From positions 4,650,001 through 4,714,000 of the forward strand of contig CM106586.1 in assembly GCA_048013815.1 (NCBI GenBank): a DNA stretch of 64,000 bases, written 5' to 3'. Under the pieces are notes generated by a model. It was given only the letters and a program-made list of their open reading frames with translations. It did not search any database and had not been told where the DNA came from. Made by a program: the position numbers and the translations under genes. Source of the DNA: Setoptus koraiensis. Taxonomy: Eukaryota > Animalia > Arthropoda. This document shows, in pieces, positions 1 through 11,160 of this stretch. Each line of letters starts with the position of its first letter. Position 1 is the first letter of the stretch.

Positions 1-3000
1 TATCGTTTGGCCAGTCTCGAATGCTTTACAAGCACCATCGGCCGAACATAAGGTAGGCAGGCCGTATTCGCGAGCAATCACTGCACCATGACTTATTATG
101 GCTCCGATCTCAGTAACGATACCTTTCAACATGGGAAAGTAAACTGACCAGGACACGTCTATACTATATGTGATTAAAATATCGTCTGGTTGTAAATCGT
201 CTATTTGTTCTATGCGCTGAATGACGCAAGCCCGGCCAGTAACCAGGCCGGAACATGATGTTATACCTGTGATATTCTTTGACTGACCACCAGGGGTGAT
301 AGCATCAGTTACATCATCTTTTCCATGAGTTGACTGTTGTTGTTGTTCACACAATACCGGATCTGTAACCTGTCTAACTATTTCAGCAAATTCCTCAAAT
401 TTCATATCGATCTTACTAAATTGTATCTTGTTTAGAGTTGACATTCGTTGCATTCTCCTTCTTGCTTTATAAATTAGTCTTGATGCTGGAACTGTTCCCT
501 TGATTAATTGCTCTATTTCATCGAAGCGCATATGAAATATTAAATCAACACTGGGCAACTTGCCAACTAAACACAATTGTTTGGCCAGTTGTCTAAACAT
601 CATCCTATATCTGTGAATTGTGAGTATAACATACGATTTAGATTTCTCTCGACGTATAACAGCATTACGAGCTCTTGGCAAGACGTAATTGGAAAGAACT
701 GAACGATTTTTGACCACTTTGCTCAATATACTATTGACAAGTTGCTCTTCTGATTGTGCACCTTCGGCATTGTTGTTCTCTTGATCTGAATTCTGACTAG
801 CACCGGTATCTTCATTACTACTAGAAGTCTTTTGTCTCGTGCTGTCACTATGTTTCACTCTCACACAAATAGATTTTACTATGTAAGAAGGGTCGTCGCT
901 CCATGAAAGAGAGCCAAGATCAAATTCTTTGTAAGAGCGATGTCCATTCTTAGACATAAACTCTGAGAATAATTGACTGCACTCATGGGTGGTTGTAGTC
1001 AAATAATTGTATGCCTCTTTATCATTAAATGATTTGAATTCCTCTAAAGATTCGCTGTTTTCAACAATAGATCCCACAATAGAGCTTAATAACCCAGCAA
1101 CATCTGAACTCTCAGACTTGCATGCTTTTTTCATCAAACAACTAAAATCGGTAACATTTTCCTCGGAATACATTTCGATAGGTACTTGACGTTCCGACAT
1201 CATCTTCAACATGATAGAATTCATGAATATGCTGACCAAAGTGCAACGGATATGATCAGACCAAGCAGAAAATAACATATCCGTTTTGTAAACAAGTAAA
1301 TTGAACAGGCTCTCGATTTGATCCTGGTGATCTTGATTGTCCTCGTCAACTTGAGTTGCTGATGAGGCCTTAGTTTTTTGATATGACTGCATGATCGGGG
1401 ATTGTGTTAGCTCATCCTTCTTGAATTCTTCCGAAACAATTGATGACGACTCTAGTTCATCGACAAATTTGCATAACTGATTAGTATCTTTAAATAATTC
1501 GCCCATAATTTTGTTGTTCTTATGTTTCGTGTGCCACTGTAGTGGGCCAGTTATGAGCTCCAGCGTAATTAATTTCGTCCAATGTATATTTGGTCTTTTA
1601 AACAATGGACTTGAGCGTTCTTTACACATTCTAAGCAGTTCTTCATCGTGAACTTCACTGTAACCAACAAATACCTGCCATGGGCCACGCTCACCTGGCA
1701 TATCGTAGGATAGCGAGTCTGTATAGGTTCTACAAAGCGTCACAACATTGGCGTAATTTGAAAAGCCCATCGTTGTACACGGTATGGCAGTGTGGTTGGC
1801 TTCGAAGGGTTTTAGGGAACCTCTTACTATGTTGGTCATTCCAATAAAGTAGCTTATTCCCAGTGTTGAGATCGAGTCAGGGAAGACCTCGCCCACATTG
1901 GCTCGAGACAGAAGCTCTTTGGGACTGCAAAGGCCAGAATCGCATTCATGATCTATCTCATAGTTGTCTAACTTGACCAAATTCGTCAATGGTCTCGATT
2001 GTAACAGGTAGATCTTCGTCAACAATTTGTTTTTCTTCTTTTTGGCTGCACTTTTCTTTGTGTTCTTCGCTTCTGTTGGCTCCTCTTTTTTCTCCGTATC
2101 AGAAGACGAAGAGGAGGACGATGATGATGATGACGATGAATCTTTTGTTATTGATTTATCAATCATTACTAAACCCCATTCTATTTCTCTATCTTGATTG
2201 ACGTCATTCTTGTTCTTGAGCCACAGGAATATTCTGGCTAAATTTTCTATTTGTTCATCATTTAAACAACAAGATTTACTCCTAGTTTCATCCTCTATCG
2301 CCAAACATCTTGTGTAGCCATTTTCTAGTTCGTGTTCGTTGTTTTTAACACCAGTCAATGATGTTTTTTTGGACACTTCCGCACTGTCGCTCGTTGTTGC
2401 TCTAATCGGACCAGCCGACGATCCCGCGATATGATGATGGTGATGATAATCAGACGCCTTGATTTCGACGCACTTGTTGCCTATTATCTTCTCTATGTTA
2501 ACAACCGTTTGCTCATTGCTCTTGTCCACAAGTGACACTCTACCATCGGTTTGTCGCACCTTAACCTTGACTCTTATTGTGTCCGGCTGACAATCGCCGA
2601 TGGTACCCACAACACTCTCGCCAAGTCCATAATTGGCTGTTATAACTAATTGTCTTGGATCGCCGCTGATGGGATCGCAAGTCGTGGCCACACCGGCCAC
2701 GTCGCAATCAATCAATTGTTGTATAACTACCGCCATTGGAGTGTTCACCGGTAAACCATTTTGGATTTTGTAAGTCACTGCTGTTACATCGAATTGGGAT
2801 GCCCAACACTGTATGATCGATTTGTATATTTGATCGAGTGTTCGCAGGCCCAAAATGGTCCTCATTTGACCCGCGCACGATGTCTCAACACTGTCCTCGC
2901 CCACCGCCGACGATCGGCAAGCATACAAATGCTCGCTAAAGCAACTAGGCCCAAAACAGCTAATCAGTCTACTTCGTATGGTGTCCATTATAATCCAGGG

Positions 3001-5257
3001 CAAACTGGACTTGGTTATTTTTTGTTTTGTTTCCAAGCATTTCTCTTGCATAATGGACTGTCTTTGTGCAATATCGAGAAAATCCTTAGAATATCTATTG
3101 TGTACGCCACTTTTAACGGCGAGAATTTTGCTTGTTTTATCCAGATTTATGATGGCCTCTCTCACTAGTGGGTCACTTCGAAGCCACAGTCTGTAAGCTT
3201 CCGTGGTGACAATAACACCGTTTGGTACATCAAATGGCACTTCATTATCATTGCCAAACGACACATGATCATTGGACAGATTGAAAGCAAGATTGGCCAA
3301 TTGTATAAGCGAGTTGCCCTTGCCGCCACACAATTGTTCGTCCGCCAATCCGTTTGACAACAATTGTAAATCTATTTTAAGATTGTGACCACCATTCGTT
3401 GATTGATTATATACTGCTGACTTGGATGGATCGATTATCATGGCCAACAATCTCTTTTGCACCTCAAAACTAGTCTTGTGTTGTTCCTCCAATACGACCA
3501 TCGCGTAACCACTAAAGCCATTTATCTCTATGGGAATGGGTTGATTGTGCTGATGATGTCGATTTGTTTTCAGCCTGATTTTGTATTCTTTTTTCTTGAA
3601 TGCCGTCACCACTAGTTGTATGCTATCAGTGAAATTCAAGAAGCTATTGTATTCACCAATTTGTACACTTTCACCAGATTCAACTGTTCTGATGAAAAAT
3701 TTACTTATTGGACTGCAATAGTCAAAACCGCTGTGACAATATCCATAGACAATATTTTTATAGATTAAATTCCTCACCAATTCTACAATGTGACCGCAAT
3801 CGGCATAGCACAATAATCTTTCATACTTTCCACCATAACGACAACTATCCTGGTCGTTGTTGGCATTAAACAAATAACTGTAATTGGTCAATGTTGATTG
3901 ACCAATCATTGGACTGCTGTGCTGATCAAAAACACTATCCTTTTTCATTGGCACCAATGGGCCGCCCAAATTTGCGATGACAAATTGATCCATTAAGACA
4001 CTGGACATCCGTTTGTAGGCCTTGTTGCCTTTAACGCCCCACAAATGATAGTCGTTTCGTAGACACGACGACCCAGAGGAACTATTACTATTATCGGAGA
4101 TCTCTATTGTTCCCTGAACCATGCAAGGTTGATCGATTCTGTCCTCCAATATTCTATCTAGAGCCTCTTTAATTTCAAACTCTAGACCATCGTCTGGCGA
4201 AGCAATAATTGCTGTGTGCGATGTCACATTATGATTTTTGTTTTTAGAAGAATTGCCAGCCACTACGGGTGATGAGCCCGAGCTGGCTAGCGGAGTCAAA
4301 ACAGCGGGCGAAACAGTGGAATATTCCATGCCGTATGTTTTTTCAATTGTTAGATCGTGCATTAATTTATCTGGTTCCATTCTGTAGGAAAAATCAAACA
4401 CATCGGCGCACGGATGTGTGGAAAATCGCATTTTGACAAACACCAGCTCGTCGTCGTTGTCGCCATGATACACTGGTGCTGCTTGTTGGTCATCCGTTTT
4501 GGAACATTCTGGATTCGGACTTTTCACACCAGCGACTGGCGACAAACCCTGACCATCAATTGAGGTCCCTGGTGAAGAAGATGGCGAATTGTTTAATTTT
4601 TTGCACCGCATAAAACCATTCAGACGTAATCTGGCAAATCTAAACGGGTAAACAACTTCGTAACTGACAGCGCCGATGTTGTATTTGAGTTCTTGATCAC
4701 TCAGTCGCATTTGTTCATCCACGAATATCGCCTCATCTTCGTATGATAACTCAACATTGTTAGTGGGATCTCTAAAGTCTAGACAGACCTTCAAATGGTA
4801 GTGCGACGATGTCTTTTGGCTTGAGTCGATTTGTCGAAATGTTGTATCCGGTAGTAAGGTCTGTTCCTGATTGTCAATAAAGTTGGTCTTTGTCAATGAG
4901 AACGCAATCGACTGACCTAAGGCGCCGAAGGCATGAATAGTGACACAATTGTCGTTCTCGTCGGACTGAAAAGAAGAGATGAGAGTGTTGGACAAGTGGA
5001 TGACCAAAAGATCAATTGAGAGAACTTGGTCACTTTGTTGACATAGATATTCTAGTTTACATTAGATCACTCACCAGCGCTAACCGCTCCAAATCGATTA
5101 TTTTATCCTCGGGCAATATTCTCAATGATCTTGCATCTCTAACTTTGAAAGGTTTCTCTGGATAGTAGCGATTCTTGATTTCTTTACCTCTGGACTTGAC
5201 AATGCCTCGAATGGCAGCAAAATGTTTTAGTTTCGAGGCGTCTGATTGGCCTGGCAT
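1..5257 (-). CDS. Rifampicin phosphotransferase (RPH)/YvkC/PigC-like PEP-utilising enzyme (ATP-grasp PPDK_N + substrate domain + C-terminal phospho-His swivel domain) with long N-terminal extension; 3' end truncated by the window edge
   Basis: Exon 1 is 5257-5075 (ATG at 5257, GTGAGT donor). A 109-nt phase-0 intron spans 5074-4966 (ends ttttcAG). Exon 2 runs from 4965 to <1; I read every codon and found no stop (1655 codons), giving >=1716 aa in total. Motifs: GGKGNSL (3327-3307), RSSAVGED..SCAGQ (from 2916), CWASQF, MAVVIQQLI, ANYGLGESVV, EIEWG, LLQSRP (2007-1990), RANVGEVFP, NGHRSYKEFDL and VTEIGAIISHGAVIAREYGLP (His codon 90-88). Confidence 0.92.
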
Positions 5258-8190
5258 TGTCAAGGACTCCTGACGAACTACTCAGAAAATATTTGTATAT
5301 ATATACCGATCGAATATAACGAGATAGGAAATTATCACATATAGTTACAATATTGTTGTGATCCAACCAGCATAAACTGATTCCCATAGTCAACATAAAT
5401 CTTTCTGTGAGTCAGGTAAGACGCGTAGGCAAACAAGTGGCGAGAGAGGAGCATCATGCCGGTGTTAAAATTTGCCCAAGGAGGGGCTCTACAGTCAAAC
5501 TCAGGCCCCCATCCACACTATACAGTATAAGTGTATATGTGATGGTCTCTTTGCCTTACAAGTACGACAATAAGCAAAGCTCAAATAGAAAGCTAGCCAT
5601 CTACTTACAAAATTGGTGATAACCTCTGTATTTGCTTACCTGATTGTGTGATTGTGTATTGTATTGCAATTGTATCATATAGATTGCTTTGTGCAAAATA
5701 TATTGATGCAACTTATTTCAACTTAAGGTGTCTATTTTGATGGCAGTGTCACATCAGTTGATGTGTGTCGTTTATTATGCAAATATGGTCTCTGGTCTTC
5801 AATAGTAAACTTTGTTTATTGTTCTTATCTATATACTATAGTGACTTAACTAATTAACTTAGTCACACTGCAAGTTCACGCATACATGATTTGTTGATAA
5901 GCATAGAGATTGAAAATTACTAATAATACTAGTTTCAAATAGACGACTATAGTAGTCTGTTGTGTCCACACTGATCATATACCTATTGTATAGATTGTTT
6001 GGCTAATACTGATGATGATTAAACTTTACAGAGTCACAAGTTAACTTGAATGACTATATAATGTGTGGAGGGTGCTCGAAACGACCATTGTCACATTGTT
6101 GTCGTGCGCGATGGACATCAGTGCACACAAATTGCACTTCCTAATTAAACATCAATCAATTAATATTATTACCTAAATGAAAGTTTTTCCTCAACAAACA
6201 TATGATATGACGAGCTTCCGTTTTCTAACAAATAAGTGATGATGGTGTTGCAGAATTTGTTTTTATGTATGTCTGTGTTTGATTTCCCTCGCTTCTCTAA
6301 AATGATCAAGATGTTGAAAATTATTACATATTGCTTACAGCTTTCAGCATATTAAATCGAATTAACTATTTGAGCGATATCCCGCGGCAAACGAAAGGCA
6401 ACTATGCGAGCATGCCTGTAACAATAACAATTGACCTCATTGAACGATAGGTACAACACTAAATCTGACAAAATCTTCATTTAATTTACCCATAGATCAG
6501 GCAGGCAAACTCATCAATGCTCATCCAACAGACAACTGATAGATACTTTATCGCATCATTGAATCTTTCAAGTAAACAATTTGTTTAGTTGCTCCTAATT
6601 TCATTCACCGACACCAGCAATATGGCTGTTTTTCATCGATAGCACCACCGCCACCATAGCCAATGATATCCTCATTGAGTACTATCATCAGATCACTATA
6701 TATAAATATAAATATATATATATTTAATCTGAAGCTTTCTCCTTGATCAGATAGGCCGGCATAAATCTAGTCACGTTTCTACTACCAATGACGCTAACTA
6801 TTACCATTATAACAATCATTATTATTATTATTATTAATATTAGTATTACTGTTTTCAGCATTTCTATCTGGGCTGGCAAAAGTGATCATGATGGCGATAT
6901 AGATATTGTCATTAGTAACTTTTGATGCGATCGAATGATACGTTAACTATATCTTAAGATTGCATTCGCGGATGCTTATAATCAACGCTTGCGAGCACAA
7001 TTCGCTAGTTGTGTATGTCTAAAATATAGAAAAATAATTGCTTTATTTCTGGTTGATTGTGATTTAGGTCTTTGTTGATCAAATGGTCTGTTTCTCATCA
7101 TGCACTCCAACTAGCGAGCATTATTTGATATTATTTAGGCGCTCTTGAAAACAATGGTCGCTATCCGATCATTTTCAATGTATTTATGCTGCGTTATGTC
7201 GCATTAGTAATTGGTATTGTGCGATAATAGTTGTCAGCAAATAGCAACTACAACCAGGACACAATGACACTTTTGATTATGATAATAATGAGCAGTTAGT
7301 GAGGTTGGCAAAATATGCAATAATAATGATAATAATAGATAGATAAACGTCGAGACGAAACCAGACCAAACTACCACAAAAACCACATTCATTTGGAGAT
7401 CATCGACATTTCGAGAGAGAGTTGTCCAAATACTGCTGTTGTAGCTTGCATTATTATAACGCTCAATTTGGGTTCTTATCAATACTATTATGATCACTGT
7501 GTGGTTATTACTATTATCATCATCTAGTCAAACTGAACTCGTCATCGCTCGATAGTGTCGAGAGACATAGCGACAAATAGCGACAAATGCATGACGGCAA
7601 ATGACTGGCACTAGTTGCCTAAACACACCCATACAAATAATAATAGGAGATGTCTCTCTGTCTCAAAAATAGCCATCTGCAGCAATCATTGTTGAACAAG
7701 ATACACAAATAGTCTAGTTAGAGAGTAACATTTGAATTGTGCCATCGCAACAATCAACAATATAATAATAAATATCATTATTATTGTTGTTGCTATATAG
7801 CCAGACATTTCAGCACATATTATATCAAATCAAATCGAAACATCCAAGGGAGGTTCATACAAGGGAGGCTACCTCCCTACCCTCTCCTACCATTGATCCT
7901 ATTTCATTATTATTAAATTTTTGTATTTTAAATGACTCAATTAATCATAATAAGAAGGAATAACTCAAATAACGCCAAACTCATATTGTAGTTTGAATTA
8001 TCCAACAATTTTTCAAATTATCCATTTATTGCGAGATACAAACACACAAATTTGGATAGAAATTCAGATTGATTAATTATAGGTGTATTAACATGATCTA
8101 ATAACTTCTAAACAGAAACACCATCGAAGTGCATTCTTTTATCAAGACCTGGGCCCTCAACAAACTACTAAATCAGTGTTGTGTTGTGAC

Positions 8191-9837
8191 ATGTCTAATA
8201 TCGTTTGTGCGAATAGGAGGATGAAACCTAGCGAAACAATTGTTGCCAGGAAACATGTTGAGCTTTCATTGGAGCTCAAGAAAAAACTTATACAAGAACA
8301 CGAGCATGGGGTACCATTTGCACTATTGGGCAAAAAGTATCACATAGCCACTTCGACGGCGGCAAATATTTGGCGCAAAAAAGAGTTCTTTCTTAGATCA
8401 AAAATGTCTGGCTCACGGAAGCGCTGCAATGATCGTAGTAAGTACAAATTAGTCAATCAAGTAACAGCGATATTTGTTAGGAATATGCTTCAGACAGATC
8501 ATAAAATTGACGGCGAAGTGATAAAACGTTTCGCCAGGACAGCTGCATCTCAGTGTAATTTTGGTGATTTTCATGGCAGCAATGGGTGGCTAGATTCATT
8601 TAAGAAAAGAGAAAATGTTAGATGGGTGAAGCGACGCAATCAAAAAAACCCAACAACTGCCAATAATAGTAATATTAATTCTAATAGTAACGATAACAAT
8701 AATAATATCGAGCCTGTTGGTCTAGACAATAACTCAATTTTGGGCGATAGATGTGTTCGCATGGGTGATATAATTAAGTCCAAGTTGGGCCTCCCATTTG
8801 ATATAGCCCAATTGACTGGAGATAGGCAAGATATCACCAATAATAATAATAATATCAACAATAGCAATGGCCATCATGAAACATCAAATGGTGATAGTAT
8901 AATTGATGAATGGTTTTTAGGCATACCATTGTTATGTAGGATTTTTCAAGAGAAACAACAAGATAACAAAACCAATAACAACAACAATAATAATATTAAT
9001 AATAGCAACAGTAGTATTAGTAATAACGATGATTATAATAATGACGTCATTATTGGTGGTAACAATATCAATATTACTAATCATGGTGATGATGTAGACG
9101 CAACAAACTTGGATCTTCGCTCAATAATATTGGACAATGACGAGACATTGTCAAAAGGAAATCTTTTCAATTATGAAACAAATAGTAATCTTGCTGATAA
9201 GATTGATGAATATTGTCAGTCGATCAAGAAGGAGGAAAATGAATTAATCTTGTTGGCCTCACAGGAATTGGAGCAAAATTCTGCAGCATTAACAGGTAAT
9301 TATGCATTAGGCGATCAAAGGGATTTCAATTTAATTCAACTGGATCATAACAACGATTGTAATAATTGGCTCTCATCAGACGAAGCCAACCAGTATCAAG
9401 AAAATAATAACCTACCTGCTATGTATACAAATTTCGATGGTGTTTGCTCTTACAATGAAGAGGAAATCCATCAACAGGGTGACAATGGGCAAATTTGTGA
9501 TAATTGCTCCTATATTGAGGATCATCATCAGCAAGACAGAGAGATTTGTGACACTTGCGCGTACAACGAAGAACATCATCAACAGGAAATGTGTGACAAT
9601 TCTCTAATTGAGGAAATATTATCAGAAAATAACACTGATAATACCGATAGTTTTCTAGATAACAACAATGACTTTAATTATGAAGATGAAATCCCGTTAG
9701 ATAGATTCACTGTAATGAGATCAATGGTAACACTGTTACGCTACGCCAACAGGTACAACCCTTGCATAATGAATTTGTTGATGAGAGTCAAACGATCCAT
9801 CGACCGTGATTTAGACAACAACATGGAACCTTTGTAA
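8191..9837 (+). CDS. CENP-B/Tigger(pogo)-derived DNA-binding protein (HTH_psq-like + HTH_Tnp_Tc5), no DDE catalytic domain; probable domesticated transposase
   Basis: Intronless ORF; first ATG at 8191, alternative at 8221. RKHVELSLELKKKLI...KKYHIATSTAANIWRKKE fits the CENP-B N-terminal HTH. FHGSNGWLDSFKKRE is the Tc5/CENP-B HTH signature. The rest is Asn-rich/acidic low complexity ending in a short helix. I saw no terminal inverted repeats. Confidence 0.8.
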   Translation: MSNIVCANRRMKPSETIVARKHVELSLELKKKLIQEHEHGVPFALLGKKYHIATSTAANIWRKKEFFLRSKMSGSRKRCNDRSKYKLVNQVTAIFVRNMLQTDHKIDGEVIKRFARTAASQCNFGDFHGSNGWLDSFKKRENVRWVKRRNQKNPTTANNSNINSNSNDNNNNIEPVGLDNNSILGDRCVRMGDIIKSKLGLPFDIAQLTGDRQDITNNNNNINNSNGHHETSNGDSIIDEWFLGIPLLCRIFQEKQQDNKTNNNNNNNINNSNSSISNNDDYNNDVIIGGNNINITNHGDDVDATNLDLRSIILDNDETLSKGNLFNYETNSNLADKIDEYCQSIKKEENELILLASQELEQNSAALTGNYALGDQRDFNLIQLDHNNDCNNWLSSDEANQYQENNNLPAMYTNFDGVCSYNEEEIHQQGDNGQICDNCSYIEDHHQQDREICDTCAYNEEHHQQEMCDNSLIEEILSENNTDNTDSFLDNNNDFNYEDEIPLDRFTVMRSMVTLLRYANRYNPCIMNLLMRVKRSIDRDLDNNMEPL

Positions 9838-10479
9838 TCTTTGATTGTACTTGCATGTCGTAAGGTTACTATGAGTTGAGTGTGTTAAGAAAAAATTAAA
9901 CAAAAGGCTCGCTACCTCAGCTCTTGGAATGTTTCAATTGATGCCTGTTGTCTGATTACATTTCTTCAACCATCTTTTCTCATCGGCGCCAATTTCTTCT
10001 TTCTAGTCCGCTGTTCTTTCCCGTAGCTATTTATGTTTCTCTTTTTTGAACAAGGCTCATGAGGAACCGATTCCGGTGATGGAGCGGAAATCATTCAGGG
10101 GACTCATTCTATCAGATATCCATTATACATATTATATCAATTGTCGCTATTACATTGGTGGACATTATATTCATGAATGGAAATTCCTTTTCTTTCTTTA
10201 GTTCTATTCACGCATGAATAGAGCGCTGACAATACACATGCATGTGCCGTTCCATTGGTGCACCAAATGTGCACCTTTTAACTACAACGCGCAGAATGAA
10301 TTCATTCGGCACAATTAATTTTCAATAACATACCATCTGATCGATGGTTACCACGAGTCACACCGACACTAGTCAGTTGGTGCATATTTTTTTACACTAT
10401 AGGATATATACTTACATCCCATATCATCCCATATTATCTGACTCATATTATTACCTACTCAGCTCATTATCTACCCGTC

Positions 10480-11142
10480 ATGATGAAGGATTCTAAGAGC
10501 AAAAATTCGGTTGGACAGAGGATAGATCCGACGGACGATCCTCGGGACTATTTATTCAAACTAACTGAGGATGTCCGCTCACAAGTAGACAGAATGCTTA
10601 AATCGAATAGATGTAATATTGATGAGGAATTGAAAGATAAGATTGATTCATTTCTCAAAGAAGATAACCTAAATTACGAATCTTTGAGTAGGTTGCATCA
10701 ATACATGCAACGTGCAGATCCCGATTACAACGAATACTTCTACCAATTCGAGTCACGATGTCAGTCTATACGGCCTCCACCAAGAGCTAACAAAGAATTA
10801 GAGAATAGGCTTAGATATCTCAAAAAAGTAGATTCCCAAAAGAATTACAACAATATGACTTCCATGTTTAATAATAACAATAACAATTACGAAGAAACGT
10901 CAACAGTTACTTCATCCCAAATGACCAAAGGCAGCCATATGGGTGAAATTAAACAATTGAGAGCAACAACTATTGCTGTAATTAACTCATTCCTAGTCTT
11001 CATATGTACATTTATATTTTGTTACAAGGCGGTTGAGTATTCAATGCATATTCCGCATATACCAACTCAAGTACTTTCTGGTTTAGCTGGTTCTACAATA
11101 GTGGCCATAGCAGAATTATATTTTCTGTTTCGGGTAGTATAG
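10480..11142 (+). CDS. TMEM199: V-ATPase assembly factor TMEM199/Vma12
   Basis: Intronless 220 aa. ELENRLRYLKK...YNNMT coiled segment followed by two C-terminal TM helices (VIAVINSFLVFICTFIF; VLSGLAGSTIVAIAELYFL), the Vma12 layout. Confidence 0.75.
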   Translation: MMKDSKSKNSVGQRIDPTDDPRDYLFKLTEDVRSQVDRMLKSNRCNIDEELKDKIDSFLKEDNLNYESLSRLHQYMQRADPDYNEYFYQFESRCQSIRPPPRANKELENRLRYLKKVDSQKNYNNMTSMFNNNNNNYEETSTVTSSQMTKGSHMGEIKQLRATTIAVINSFLVFICTFIFCYKAVEYSMHIPHIPTQVLSGLAGSTIVAIAELYFLFRVV

Positions 11143-11160
11143 CTGGTCTATTATAAATTA

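Noticed and set aside
1007-3196. Plus-strand ORFs in the track (1007, 1989, 2761, 2978)
   Set aside because: They are antisense shadows of the long minus-strand phosphotransferase frame.
1-5257. Bacterial contamination as the source of the RPH-like gene
   Set aside because: It has a canonical spliceosomal intron, low-complexity insertions and host-like composition, and it is contiguous with arthropod genes.
7234-7497. 87-aa hydrophobic minus-strand ORF
   Set aside because: It is built from ATT/AAT-type low-complexity DNA, with no recognisable family or coherent splice partners.
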